Assembly (NCBI RefSeq): GCF_009914755.1
Contig: NC_060931.1
Strand: one strand, 5' to 3'
DNA length: 64,000 nt
From: the human T2T-CHM13v2.0 reference genome, Homo sapiens
A program made the translations under genes and the position numbers. A model generated the notes under the pieces. It searched no databases. It saw only the letters and a list, made by a program, of their open reading frames with translations, and was not told the origin of the DNA. This document shows positions 11,201-25,263 of the stretch, piece after piece; positions within the stretch are counted from its first letter, which is position 1, and each line of letters starts with the position of its first letter.

Positions 11201-14200
11201 CACTGCGCCTCTCCAGGCACCTCAAGTGGAAAGGACTTGGCTTTTCTTGCTATCAGGTGCAGTCAACCTGCTCAATTTATAACACATGAGCTGCCCCTGC
11301 AACACTGAAAGTGCTTCCCTCCTCACTCCCTTCAGGCAGTCCCTCCTGCCGGCAATCTCTCCTCTTCCTAGGTAGTCCCTCTCACTCTTAGCTCTCAGTA
11401 GAGTGTGTGGCGGCTCTATTGAGGGGCCAGGGCCTGTCAGGCTGGTACTGTCTAAGCATAAGGCAGGGAAGGTGTCAAGGGTGCTGGCCAGGTGAGAGGG
11501 GAGACAGGCTGGAAGGTGCTGCAGTCCGGGAGAAAGGGAAGAGTTCAACTGGCTACAGGTTTCGATGCAGTTGAATGGCAGGTGCATGACACGGAAGGTA
11601 TGAGAGAGAAACAAATGAGAGGTTGGGCTGAAAAAAACGAAGATGTCAGAATTTAAGTCATGGGACAAGAAGCAGTTTTGGGGTATGAGAAATGAGCAAC
11701 TGCCAGGCCTCTTTCACCTGGAGACACCTGAACACACCCCAAACATCTCCTGAAATAGAACTGCTCAATGAAATGACTTTGAAGAGATGGCAAGTGGAAG
11801 AGGAGGAAGAAACATCCAAGAGTCCCAACATTCCTTCCCTTCAGAGACCCGCACAAATCTGCAACAATAAACTCCACTCTAAGACACATATATGAAACCC
11901 ACCACAGGAACCCCAGTTTATCCTCAAACAACTAGATGATTCACTCCATCTCCAAAAATAGCACATGAACTACGACTCCTTAGATCCTTAGCTCAGCTGG
12001 GTCTTCTCCCCAGCACTTAGTGTTTCCCATTCGTCCCTTTCTGACCAAGATTCCACACCACAGTAAGGGGAAAGTACATCAAAAGGCAAGAAATTCAAAT
12101 AAGAAAGAGGAAGATTGAGGGCTGGAAGGATCCTCAGGTAATCCACTTAATTGATAATCTGCAGGCTTATTGGGAACTGACTTTCAAAAAATGCAATATG
12201 GGGGGCCTAATCCTTCTTAAACACCAAGGAGTTCAATTTGGTCCCATTTTTCTAACTAAAAGCTACTCAAAGTGGGAGGCACAAGAGAGGGGGAGACAAA
12301 GAGCTTTCATTAAAAACTAAGTTGGTTGTTCTAAAATAGTTCATTGAAACTTTAAATTATGTGATTAAAAAAGCCTAAGAATTAATGTTGTATATTTTTG
12401 CCAAAATGTCTCATCTTAGGCATAATATACATGTTTTATATTTTCATCACATTTTCCTTGGAAATTATTTCAGACAAAAACAGTAACTTTAAGTACAATG
12501 AAGTACTAATACTATATGATTTTATCATGACAAAAAATTAAGACAAAGGAAAACTAAGTGCTTATTTAAATTCAAGGAAGCTTCTAATAAGAAAATAACA
12601 AATGTTTATTTCTTATTCTTTTGAAATGAGTAAATGTGTTTTCAGTAAAAAAAGGGAAATTTGTCTTGCTGCCAACAGAGGTCTCGATAAACTCAGCAGA
12701 GCAGAAAATTGCATCCGAGCTAAAATGTGTGAGACACTTGACTGCATTAAATATTTTGGGGGGGAAACCACTAATATATGGCAGAAGGCTCTGTTCATAT
12801 CTAATTAAGTTAAAGAAATATTGTCAACTAATTTCTCATTACCTTAAAGTATGTGTTGTTTCAAAATTTTTTCTTCCTGCAATCAATTCCTTTCCTACAT
12901 CAGTCCTACTTTCTATTGTCTTTATTTGTGTCTAAATGATCCCAAGTGTTACTTCCCACCTGCCACCTCCCACCCTCTAATTGAAGATATTTTATTCCAC
13001 AAATAAAAAGCACAGACCTTCTCTTAAAAGCAAATAAATATGAAGAGTCAAATAAACTTTTAAATTATTATTTGGGCACCACAGTGTCTCTTTATTTCAC
13101 GCATTTGTATTTAACAGAATATTTTCGGCTTGGATGACGCATCTGTGCATATCTATCTCCATTGTCCTAATATTATATTCCTGTTTCACAGAGATTCTTG
13201 CTTCATATTTGATGAAGGAAGACTCAGTGAGTAGCTGCACGATGTACGGCAACTCACAATAATTTTCCAAGCTCTGGCTGTTCTTGAGAGAAGCTGAAGA
13301 GAAAATGCCAGCTTTATTGGGTAGACGAGGGGCGTGGTGGCAATGGGAGGAAGTGGGGAATGAGGATGGCCAGGCCAACCAGCAATCCAGTTCCCACACA
13401 GCTCATTTCTAGAATCATGTGTATGGGTCCAGCCACTGGGGCCTGGCTTAGCAGAAGTTACAAGCCTCTGAAGAAAAGAGGCTGGATGAAAGAGTATTCC
13501 TACTAAACCTCTTGAAGGAATCAAAATACGGCCAAGGATAATGCCCAAACCCCCTTTCCCTGGAAGCATACAGGTAAAGATTTACACTGAATGTCAGCGG
13601 TATACACCAGATTAAAAAGAGTTTCCTTTTATTAATCCCCTTGGTTTGAAAGAGAGATCACTGAAATCTCATCAATAAATTTAACTAACATGTTTCATGA
13701 TGAATTATTTGGTGCTTAGTGGGGAGTGGTCAGTGGAGTAACTTGCAGCTATCAAATATTTTCCCAACTCAATTCCACTCCTGAAGAAAGGAAGTACACT
13801 TCTCCATCAACACTTTTCGAAAGCTATATTACTTGTATTGACCAAAGGTACTTCTCATACAACAGCAAATTGTGGGCTGCGTCTCTTAAGTTTAGGTTGC
13901 AAAAATAGAACATGATTGATCACCATTTGGGTTCTTTATGCCAGCCTTATTCTTGGTTGAATTCGGTGGATTGTTGGCTCAAAGAAAGTAATACAGGGCT
14001 TAGAAGTAGAGTAAAAGAAAAACACAAATGTTTCCAGTGCCAAGTTTTGTGAGTCAAGTGAAAATGCTTTGGTGTCTGCTCAAACACAATTACGTATTCT
14101 AGGTATCTCAAAAATAATCGGCTATTTGAAAAACAATCACAAGGCAACACAATTAGGTCTGAATGTCAAAATAACTGTAAAGAGACAAAATGAGAGTCCC

Positions 14201-14277
14201 TTTTTTGCCCTCAATAGTTACAGTAATAAATTTCTGAAATATGAAATTACATGGCATAAAAGATAGAAAATCATTAC

Positions 14278-14365
14278 CTTTAAGCAATAAGGGCATGAAA
14301 GGGATTTTTGGTGGCTTCATCTTTTTGAATGCATCTCTGTAGGCTTTGTGATTTAGGGAAGGATC
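14278..14365 (-). CDS. RAPGEF5: RAPGEF5 exon [29 protein letters not shown](D)
   Basis: RasGEF motif DPS.NH..YR...[10 protein letters not shown]; CAG acceptor (AG at 14366-14367), GTAATG donor; 88 nt; visible in ORF 14153..14377. Confidence 0.97.
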
Positions 14366-15172
14366 CTGCCGAACCAAGCAGATTACAAAGAGAAAGAAAA
14401 ATCAATGTGCTATAGAAACAATTCTAAATCCACCTTTGCTACACAATTTGAACATAACTTAGATATAGAGAGATTCCTCCTAAGAACAAAGTAGATAAAG
14501 GTTTCCTAGGAGAATAAACTCACTAAATTAGGGCAGGAAATCTAGGCAATGAATGAAATTCAAGTTATTGGTTTACAATAAAGGGAAATGACCGCAAATG
14601 AGAGACATCTTTTGATTGTCCTATTATTTTCCTCAAAGAGGTCCTTTAAGTACAGTTTCCTCTGCATAATTTATATCATGAATTAACCCAAAGTCTCTTG
14701 TTAGATACACCACCAAGAAAAGCTGTCCTTGTAACGCACAGAAAATGCAGAGAAAACAAGAGGATACTGTTTTTTTGTATTCTAAAAAGAAACTATAATT
14801 TTTAAAAATCTCAATCTAAGAAATTGTAAAAAGGAGAAAAGGGAAAAAGAAAATGCATGAGACACTAATTGCATGCTAAATTTATACTGATTAATTTTGC
14901 AGGCTTTGAAATGGACTATACTTAAAAGCCTGCCTTCTGAAAAAATCACACTAAAAGGATTATTTTCACTACGTTTTTAGAAGGAGAGGAAGAAGCATTA
15001 ACTGTCAACTTGCTTCCCTCCATAAGAAGCAAAGCTACAGTTTCATATACAAGTAAACTAGTCTAGGCTACCTGACACGGTAGAGTACAAATACCACCCA
15101 CTATAATGTAGAAAGAAACTAGACCCTAGCAATTATTTTGAAGAATAAGTCCCCTTTGGCTCAACTACTTAC

Positions 15173-15223
15173 TGTTAAACTTTCAAGTTCAGAGAAAAGT
15201 TTCTTAAACTTCCCAGGGATTTT
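15173..15223 (-). CDS. RAPGEF5: RAPGEF5 exon KIPGKFKKLFSELESLT
   Basis: TAG acceptor, GTAAGT donor at 15167-15172; 51 nt, symmetric phase 0/0. Confidence 0.96.
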
Positions 15224-16244
15224 CTAAAAAACAAACACAAACAAAAAACAGAAGGTCACAGAAGTTGGTTATTTTCAGAGGCATCGAAGGGAGTTTTCAT
15301 TACGTTGTTTATCTGTGTCACATTTCTGAACATAAATACCTCTATCATCTGTTCAATCCTGATTGCTTCTCATTATGCAATTTTCATCATCCCTTTAATG
15401 TGATCTTCCTTAGGAATGCTGCTTAAAACAGCTTAAAATAACAGCCACATGATTCAGGAATCTAGTTGGTTAGACATTCCACATACTGGTGGTCATTTAA
15501 TAAAAACTTAGATTTCAGTTCCATACCCTACCTTTGACAAATGCTCTCATCTTCTTAATAGTCTTCCTGAGTGGGAAACAATTATGTTGGCTGACATTTT
15601 TAGCATAGATGATGAAATTTTATTTCACAGCATTGGGCTAAATAGTGAAGGGCCAGGAAGACCTTAAGTGACGAAGCCTGCACTTTAATGAGTGGAATCA
15701 ATGAATTGAAGAGCTCAACCATAACAGGTACCATGCAAAGTGACAGGGGATGGAAACATAGGCCATCCTCCCAAATAAAAATTCAGGCCTAAGGAAGAAG
15801 GGCCTGGAATGTTCCAGCCTGCTTTTAACATGGCTAAGTAAAAAATTGGGTGCCTTTCAATATTGACTCAGTAATCTTTTGTGGTAAACAGCACATATTT
15901 AAAGGCAGCCTGAGTTTGAACTCTGACTCTGCCCTTTCTAGCTATGTGGTTTGGTGTGTCAGCAAGCTCTCGGATCTGTTTCTTCAGCTGAGGATGTAGA
16001 GACCACTCATGAAAAGTACACGGTCCTTGGCTGGTACTTAACAAATGCCAGCTATTAACACTAACAACAAAGTATAAGAAGATATTTCTGGGATTTTTTG
16101 TTTCTAAAAGGAATCAAAACAATGAGGCAACTCCTACAATAATTAGACTTTTACATTATTTAGAGATAGATTTTTTTCGATGTGGTAATTTTGAATATGG
16201 ACTCAGTTTATCACAGCAAACAGGTAGTTTAATCTGTTTGGAAA

Positions 16245-16246
<2 letters not shown>

Positions 16247-16282
<36 letters not shown>

Positions 16283-16298
16283 GCACGCACACACACAC
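16247..16298. repeat. (CA)n microsatellite with CACG interruptions
   Basis: Read directly from the sequence. Confidence 0.95.
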
Positions 16299-16467
16299 CC
16301 CAACAAACAGAGGACCAATTAAATGAGAAGACACAAAATGGAGATATTTGCAACTGATTCCAATCTTTCTTTTAAGCTGCCTACCTTAGTCTGTGGGACA
16401 TCCCTCACAAATGTCCCAGTGGCACCTCAAACCCAACATGTCCGAAGTCGAACTAAGTGATCTACTC

Positions 16468-16681
16468 CAGAGATCAGCCATGGAACAAATCTAGCCATGA
16501 GCTACTTTTAGGAGGTCAAGTTTTATTGGATTGCTGCCACGCCCCTTCATTCAGGCACGTACTACAGCTGCTCTTTCACTCCAATGGCAGAGTTGAGCAG
16601 CTGCAACAGAGACCATGTGGCCTGCACAACCTAAACATTTTTCCTCGCTGGCCCTTTACCAAAGCAGTTTGCTGACCTCTG
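16468..16681. mobile_element. MER58A-like hAT-Charlie MITE inserted in an L2 remnant
   Basis: Terminal inverted repeats CAGAGATCAGC / GCTGACCTCTG; MER58-typical internal sequence aatggcagagttgagcagctgcaacagagacc; flanked by L2-like cacctcaaacccaacatgtcc. Confidence 0.75.
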
Positions 16682-18268
16682 ATCTGTTTCTTTTCCTGTA
16701 TTATCTATTTGGGAAGTGTGATCACTTTCCATTCATCCAGTCACCAGACCTGGAGATCCTGTGGTCACCTCTACCTGAGATGCCCATCCCCACACTCCAG
16801 TAACTCTCAGCTGGACCTCGAAGGCCCTGCAGCTTGAGGCTTCTCATTCGAGTTTTCTCAGCTACCCAGAGGCAGAATGAGTCCCTCCACTTGCTCTGCC
16901 CTGGTCCAAGACTTCTGTCATCACAGGCATGCTCAGTTCTCATGTAGCCATCTCCTGTCTGCTATGGCAGTGACGCAGTGCTCTGCACATAGCAGGCAGT
17001 CAATGCGCAGATTAAACATAAGCTGGTTGAATCTAATTGAGTTATTTCTCCTCTCAATTTTTCCAAATCAGTTTCATTCAAGGTTTAATTCAAATTCGCT
17101 CCCCACTGACCCTTGCCAAGCCATTTGTTTTCCTCCTACTCTAATGAATCGTGGCATCTGTCACCCATGTCTTTCATCTTGCTTTGTGTGTGAAGGTCTT
17201 GTTTGCTTAAGCAGAGCAGGCGGGGCTTTCATTTCTTTTCTTTTGGGCCCCTTTAAGGAGGACTGACTCTGACCCTTGGGTCAGCACAGTGCATTCCTTC
17301 AGGGTATGACCCCTGACTGAAAGAAAGCGAATCCACAGGTTGCCCAGAGACCTATTCCGAGAAAAAGATAGCTGGCCTATCAGCTTTTCTCTTGTAGGAG
17401 TTTGAGTTGGGAACCATGAAGAGAATGGCACAGTCAGTGATAGGAACTAAATCTGAGAGGACTGTGAGGGAGGCTGAGGAGACCACAGTGAGCCACACGC
17501 AGGCTAGAGGCAGAGGCATGATGCTTAAAGAGCAATGATGAGGGGAGAAGTGGTACATAGGGAGGTAGCCAGTCAGGAAGGAAAGGAGAGCGAAGGAAAC
17601 AAAAGCCCAAGGAAGGACGGTGAGGGGACCATGAGTGAGGCAGAGTCCTGCGCCTGTGTCTGGCTAAGTTTAGGGGTATCCCCAGTTTCAGGTCTTCCCA
17701 CATGAATGTCGCAGTCCACACGTCAGACCTTGTGCGAACTTGAGTGGGCCTCTGCATCTCAGAACCCAAACAGCCTTCGGCGTGCAGAGCCAGGAAGTGG
17801 GAGGTCTGAAACTTTAGAACGTTTTGTGGATCCTCTTTAAGAAAAAGAATATTAAAATTACTTTGCTTTCGCAAATTTTACAAAAATATACATCATCCAT
17901 GTGAACACATTGCCAGGGGCCCTGCAAGTGAGAGGCCTCGAAGCTTAAACTCATTAGCATCACAGCAAACGCACTTCTGAGCACGCATCATCATGCGGGG
18001 AGACTGTGGGGACCAGCCTGGAACGAGCACTGCACTATCAGGCAGGACAGAGGGGAAGACTAATTCTAGCTGGGGAGCACGTTACCATTTTTATCTAGTT
18101 CAGACACATTATACAACCGTTTAAAGACCATTTGATCAAAAAGATCCCTACCACCTTGACATATGACTTTCAAACATTTTTAGTTTAGTAGTACTTATCT
18201 CATTTAATCCATGTAAATTACTTTATTTCCATTTTATGTGCCCCTCACCATGGGACTCCAAGGCTCAC

Positions 18269-18359
18269 CTCCCAGGTCTGCGACAGTCGACTGACAGAAG
18301 CAGTGTTGAGACCCATCACAATGGCAAAGAAAGAATTCAGGTTTCTCTGGGCTTTGCAG
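18269..18359 (-). CDS. RAPGEF5: RAPGEF5 exon (H)[30 protein letters not shown]
   Basis: RasGEF motif [10 protein letters not shown]...V.RL..TW; TAG acceptor, GTGAGC donor; 91 nt. Confidence 0.97.
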
Positions 18360-21300
18360 CTATAAAATAAAAGAGAGTAGAGGACACTTTGAGGAAACAT
18401 TCTTTCCCCAGATAATCACAAAAGATAAAGCTGAAAAGACCCTCCTAGGCCACAGAGCTCAGGAATTCTGCTCTACAGCCTACGTACCCCTTACTGCCCT
18501 TCAGCTGTCTCTAATGCCAAAGAAATGATTCCAAACGCCTCAGCTCACTCTTACCTAAAGGAAAAGATCCGTGCTCTTGACACCCTCCTCATATTTCACA
18601 AGATTCCTCCTTTTTTACCTATGTTGTGTGCATTTACAATTTCAACTGAGCACTCTTTTAAATTCATGTTTCTTTATATACGCCCCACTCTCCTTTTAAC
18701 AGTTCACTAGTCCTGACTCCTTCATCAAAACATGTTTTTTCATTTTTTGACAGACAAGCCCTTCTCACCCCACAGGTCTAAGCTCCCCCTCCCATTACAT
18801 TTAGGCACATTTTCTTTGCTACCAACAAAATAGCTACTATAATATGTATATATTTTAAATACGGCATATATTAATGGGAATACTGTTCCACATTTCTCAG
18901 TTAAACAAGGAAATGAAATGCAAAATAAGATCATGTTGAGCTCCATTCACTTCTTGAGGCTATCCACTCTGCATAACATCAATCATGCCCAGAGACTTAA
19001 CTGGTCAACATTCCACTAATTTCCAAAGCCAGCTAAGAGGGCTTGGAATGGCAGGGGGAGCTCGGGATTTCACGGCAGCCAGAATAGCTGTGAATTCCAG
19101 GCACTCCTTTATCTGGAGAGCATTAGAAAACAACCTCTCTGAGATAGGGCTTTAAAATAATAAAAAAAAATTACCCTCCCTTGATCGTTTACTATGTAAA
19201 AATATGAAGTACTTAGCAGTAAGCAGAGCGTGTATCAGGGGCCTTGTGATGTTTGTTTAGCTTCCCTCAGATGCCATCCCTTCTGACCTCTCCACCAATG
19301 TCTCACATGGAATCTGGGAATAGTGTAGAACTTGCCTGCTTCTTCAGTTAAATACCATGTTATATTATATACTATGGATTATTTACTATCATTAACAGCT
19401 ATGTAATATTTTATCAAAAGAGCATATTACATAATTTATTCCTCTATTGTGGATGATTTTCAATTTTCCCAGTTACACAGAATGCTGGAATAAACTTTTT
19501 ACTGTATTTGTGATTTTTTTCCCATTACATTGGACTTCCAGTCATTCCATGATTGGTCAAAAGCTGTGAAGACATTAAAGGTTCTCGATACATAATACAA
19601 ACCGCTGTCTCCTAAAGCTATACCGATTCCCAGCTGCATACATAGTGTATGAGATGACCTAGTTCAGAATCAGGAGAATAAGCTGAGCTGTGGAGTAAGT
19701 AGGGAGACCCATAGCAGCTGTGCTCTGGCAGGCCCTGCCTACACTGGCATGCCCAGAGCCGGCCCCACAGGTTAGGTACTGCCTGAGTCCAGCTACACAT
19801 GGCTCCAAGCAAGGAAGGCTCAGGCCTGGGGGCATTCTAGAAGTTCCATCCCCAGAACAGTGGAACCTAGAAAGGCCGTGTTGCCTCCACACCTCATGCC
19901 AAAGGTATCTGGGGTGGACACACATCTTGCAGGCACCTTGCTGCTGAGCCTCCACTGGGCATGGTCTGTCCCTCTCATGGTCCTCCTGTCCAGCTTTTGG
20001 CTCTGCCAGCAGTTCCTTGGTAATTGTGAGGCCCTGTACCTTCATCCAAGTGACCCCTTACGTGGTTTTTTGCCAACTTTCTCCTGGGTCGACCCCACTT
20101 GGTATATTCCATGAATAAACTCCAATAAGATACCTCCCAGTCTGTGACTGGGAAACCTACCTGCATTTGAGAATCACTGCCTTTCACATGGTGACTCCCC
20201 TTCATCCTGCTGTTCACTTGCCTCATTTTACTTTTTCTGACTCTTCACAACCCTGAACGTTCCCACCAGCTAGAACAGACTTGAGTTAGTGCCATCTCCT
20301 CCTGAGTTGATGTTTTGAAATACCAGCCTCCTCTGTAGAGGCTCTTGTGGTCAGTAAGAACTGTTCCATCCCCCTGCTGGAAGCTCCAGTTCGAAGTCTC
20401 TCTTACCCCTGGGTCCCTTCACCTTAGGATATGATGGAGGCCCCACTGCTTATGCAATCTCTGCTAGATAGTAGGTTCCTTAAGGCTAGAGTATACGTCT
20501 AATCATTTTTACATTCTGCCCATCACCCAGGTTCCTAGTACACAAGAAGCCTTTTAAACAGCATTTGCTGAAGTAGAAAACAAGAACTTCTGGGGAAATG
20601 ATTTTATCATTATTCATTATAAAGATGTCTATTATTCTACGTTTTATTGAGCTTAATTTATCTATGTGAAATCTTAGAATTCCTATCTTTTTATCTTTTA
20701 GCTCCTCATGAACAATTTTCCTGGTCCATATAGCTTTCTTTTTTAGTCATATTTTAAGGAAAAAAACCCATAAAAACACACATATAACTAACATCTAAAT
20801 CTGTTAAGAAAAAAAAGGAATTAATACAGACACACTTTCTGGAGAAGACAAATTGATACAGTGCAAATATTAGATGCCATTCCAGGCTGGAATCCTCTGT
20901 TAACGAGGGTCATTCATTCCACGATAAGAACAGACTGTCTGACACTAAACATTCCAGTTCAGCAAACACTCCTTTTGTCTTTGTGTGAGGAAATAAAATC
21001 CACTCAATCCACAGAGGTGGGGGATGGGGATGGTGAGAAGGAGGGGAAACATGAATATGCAAATAGGATGCCTCAGGCAGGAAAAACGCTTCATGATTGT
21101 GGAAATTACTATTTTCCCTTGGTTATTCCTACTAGCATGATTACAGGGAATTTAACTTTATGTTTCTGTTGGCATTCTATTCCATGGGTTAGGGATAGAG
21201 ACCACTACCATAAAGCATTCAAGAGCATGGGGCCATATGGAGAAGATGTGAATATATTTCATTTCCCTGAGGATAGATATAATCTTATAGTGGGAACTCA

Positions 21301-23287
21301 GCTGGGTGGTATCATCTTACTCCTTGGAACATTAATTTCCCACTTATCCACATAATTAGCATTTATAAGAAAGCTTTTTACCCAAAAGAGCCTCACCTTT
21401 AGGAATTTTACAAGCCATTTTGGAACACAATGGCCAAATTTTTTTAAAAAAGCATTCACCATAAAAGTAATCAATAAGATTTAGGCAGATCTTGTTATCT
21501 ATCCTTCCATGCCCAGTCACACCAAATACCAGGTCAGGAACCTCCATGGTCTCTTCTTGCCTAAGAAAAATTATCCTACTCTTGGGGTCTCTTTGCTACA
21601 GTTCAACGTGCTAGTTTCAGACCAACCTTCCTGAAGGATAACTCTGATCATGTCTCCTGCCCAAAAACTTTCAAAAAATCCCTTCTCCCTTCTCAATTCA
21701 GTTCAAACCCTTCAATCTGAAATTCAAGATCTTTTACAATTTGGTCCCATCTGTCTTTGCAGATCATTCTCCCACAACTTCCTTACAAATCCCCCTCCAC
21801 TCTAAATCAGAACAGATTACTGTCTAACCACAGGCTCTGCTTCATTGTCTCCACTGAGTTGGCCTCCCACAGAGAGTGTACTCTTTTGAATTCCTACCTG
21901 TCACATCCCACCCAGAATTCAAATAGATTCAAAGGCAACTTCCTTCACCAACGTTTTCCTGATCCTGCTTCCCACACCCTTGGGGTATGAGCTCTCGCTC
22001 CTCTAAAGCCTCAACAGACTTAGATCTTCTTCTAGGGCATTCTCCCATTCTGTTTTGCACAGGAGCCAGCTGAGGTATAGAATTACCCACTGACACACTG
22101 CACGCCTCACAAAGGCAGGAACTGGTGTAGACTCAGTCTGATTTCCCCACACTACCTTGTACACATCTGTACATGTAAGTGATCAATATATAGTTTCTGA
22201 ATATGCTGCACTGACATGTACTTGAAAACTGTTTGATATAAAAACTACTTTGGAAGACAAAGGAGAAATAAAACTGGAAGCGCAGGAAGTAAAAGGAGCT
22301 GGGGAAGATTTTGATTCATGCTCCCTGCTTCTGCTGGGGAGCTGTCCAAAGAACAGACCCTTGATATGAATCTGATATTTTAAGAGATGCTCCTAGCAAG
22401 TTACTAAAATTTCATTCAACATTAACTGAGTCATTGCTATTTACCAAGGTCTGTACCACGCACCCAGGTATAATGATTGATAAGAAATAGCCCCTGTTCT
22501 TTGAAAGCGAACACAGCCTAGTGAAGAAATCCTATATAAACAGATAAATTTAATAAATATAATAAGTTTTCGGAAGGTAAAAAGTATATCTGTGCAGAGG
22601 GGAAGTAGAGGCAGTAGCAGAAGTAGTACCCCTGCATTTGAAAATCGGGTAACTTCAGGAAGGAAGGAATATTTGACTGAGGTCTTGAAGAATGGTAGCA
22701 ATTTGCTGGGTGCAAGTGGCCATTCCTGGCAAAGCCAACAAGTGTTCAGGGTTGGAAGATGGTGCTCATGGGAGGGACAGACATTTAGAGTGACTAGAGC
22801 ATGGGGTGCACCCAGGGATGAGGCTCAGGGGGTGGGGCCAGCCAGTGCAGGGCCTTCTAATGAACGAGTTCGCAAAAGTTCATACGGTGGGCCTCAAGGA
22901 GCAATGAGCAGGTCCTACAATGCACCTGACGTGTAATGATTCCCACTTGTGCACATCATCATCCCCTTTTTTCTTGCCTCCTGTAGCTCACCCAGACACA
23001 CTGTAGTTCAGCTGCAGGATGAAGGATGTGTGTACTGCCTGCTTATTAGTGCTGAGGCAGAGAGCACAGTGCTTCTGTCTGATATTTTGACATTTACTTT
23101 AAGGTATAAATACTTGAAATGCAAAGACATAAATATTCAAAATTGGACATTTTCAGCCATTTAGTCATTTAACTCCATATTACACGTTTATATCCCAACC
23201 CTTATCATCATAAGAAAGAAAGAAAGAAGAACAATGTACTCTCTCAAGAAGACTAGAGGAATGGCACTTCTCACACTAGAAACTTAC

Positions 23288-23466
23288 TGAGCCGCAATTT
23301 TGATGAATTTTTTCACCAGCTGCACTCGCTTGCCCAGCTGGCTGCAGAGCAGAATCTCCGTGGCCACCCAAAGCTGGACCTCATTGCATCTCTGGAGCAG
23401 AAGGCTGAGATTTGCAGTGTGTTCCCCACTTCCCTGTCTGCTGAACGTGAAGTAGATCAGCTCTTG
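23288..23466 (-). CDS. RAPGEF5: RAPGEF5 exon [59 protein letters not shown](H)
   Basis: CAG acceptor (AG at 23467-23468), GTAAGT donor at 23282-23287; 179 nt; visible in ORF 23284..23523. Confidence 0.97.
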
Positions 23467-23870
23467 CTGAAAGAAAATGTATTCATGCCAGGGTTTATTT
23501 ATAGCAAAGTATGGTTGATACAAAACTCGGTCAAATTTTAAGAGCTACTTCAGGTAGTTCCTCCCATATTATTAATACACTAACAGAGAACATGGTGAAT
23601 AGTAATACATTAAATTCAAAATGAGTTAGTTTTAGAGGTGCCTCATTCAATAATGTTCACCTAGAATCCTTATATAAGTGATTTTTCAGAATGTAAGGAA
23701 GACATCTTTATATACAAATCTAAGATATCCTGAAGTTTAAATCATAGGATAAAAGGAATCCCCAAATTTCCCAAACTTGTCATGTTGAAAAATTCAAGTG
23801 AAAATGAACGCTAGTAGTACTAGTATTTGTTAAGGTGCACATCAGACCCTCACAGGTCTGTTCTCTAAGA

Positions 23871-24056
23871 CAGTGGTCCTCAAATTTTAGTGTGAATCAG
23901 GATCACCTGGAGGACTGCTGAAGCACAGATTGCTGGATCCCACCCCTAGAACTTCTGATCCTGTAGGGGTGTGGAGGGGCCGGAAATCTGCATTTCTAAC
24001 AAGTGCCCAAGTCCCGCTGATGATGCTGGTCTGAGTACCTGCTCTTTAAAAACCAC
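23871..24056. mobile_element. MER5A hAT-Charlie DNA transposon remnant
   Basis: cagtggtcctcaaatttt...atcacctggagg...atctgcatttctaacaagt...gatgctggt matches the MER5A pattern. Confidence 0.8.
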
Positions 24057-24204
24057 CAATATAAAACATTGTCAAACCATAAAATGCAAAGAGAATGAGA
24101 TTAGGGCAAGGTCTGATAATTTACGAAATCAAACAAGACCAGTAACTATTTATATAGATGGACCACGTGCAAAGCAATAGAAGAGATTTGTTTTTAAATG
24201 TGTT

Positions 24205-24243
<39 letters not shown>
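24205..24243. repeat. (TG)n microsatellite
   Basis: Read directly from the sequence. Confidence 0.95.
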
Positions 24244-24246
<3 letters not shown>

Positions 24247-25140
24247 ATAGAGGTAATCTACATTCTTCCACTGCATAAGCAGGGATATATCCCAGTCTAC
24301 TAACACTTCCAAAGACACAAGTCATTTAGTCTGAAGGAATTCAGTACTTGCTCACATTCTGATCATAATATTGAAATCTGTTTAATGAGAAAATATGAGG
24401 ACATTTGGGTCTCTAAATTGGGCATGAGGTTCCTTCTTCAGAAGGAAAGGCCACTTCAGAATGAAAAATTTCACTACATGGCGAAGCAAATGCAACATAT
24501 GGTTACAGAGGGCTCTAACATTTTTCATCTCTTGATTCCTGTGAGGGTTTTCTCTGGACAAATGTATTCATGAATCGTCAGTAGCATTTTGCTATTTCCC
24601 AATCTATTGTTTTAAAAATGTTATAATCTGTCCTCAAGTGAAAAACTGATGGACATAAAAACTTGAAATATATCCAAAATTTTCAATAAATTACTTGAAG
24701 TCTTACAATGCAGTCTAAATTTGTAGAATGTTCTTAAGTAAAAAGATGGATATGTGTGTACATACATAAATATGAATATGATTCTTGTACAACTATCATA
24801 AACTTCATGGAAAAAATAAACCTATCAATATCAAAGATAAAATGGTTCATCAACCCCATTAGAGCCTCATCTCCAAATACATATATATATTTATATGCAT
24901 GAAATACAGCATATTTATACATTACACAAGCATATGCTCACACTAGGGGCAAATAAAAGCATGCTCACATATTCTGATTTTTTTAGAATTGAGTCAGTCT
25001 TTCAATATATTTCAAGTCCCCAAATATCTTTTGGACCACGTTATTCTAGCATAATTTCATCACCGCACGCATTGATATTCTTCACAAAGAATTCACAGTT
25101 AAAACAGCATTTGTATTTTATCTTGTCACTCCTCATTTAC

Positions 25141-25263
25141 CTCGTGAATTGAATTGAATAGACTCCAATCAAAATTCATTAATTCCAGAGCAAGATCCCA
25201 AGTGTTCATTCCCAAAATCCTCATCGACCTTTGCTGTGATTCCTCATTTTCTGCAAATGGGTT
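25141..25263 (-). CDS. RAPGEF5: RAPGEF5 exon NPFAENEESQQRSMRILGMNTWDLALELMNFDWSLFNSIHE (start of CDC25 domain)
   Basis: TAG acceptor, GTAAAT donor; 123 nt, phase 0/0. Confidence 0.96.

Noticed and set aside
12668-12686. gccaacagaggtctc as a CTCF site
   Set aside because: Three mismatches to the core consensus; too weak to report.
19700-20160. GC-richer block ending in AATAAA, possibly an old LTR
   Set aside because: I could not assign a family or termini with confidence.
20248-20262. accctgaacg, resembling the 5' end of 5S rRNA
   Set aside because: Only about 10 nt match with no extension.
20861-21355. Longest ORF in the track (164 aa, plus strand) and other 100-150 aa ORFs
   Set aside because: Non-ATG start (GTG), no recognisable domain, intronic and antisense; lengths are what chance gives in 64 kb.
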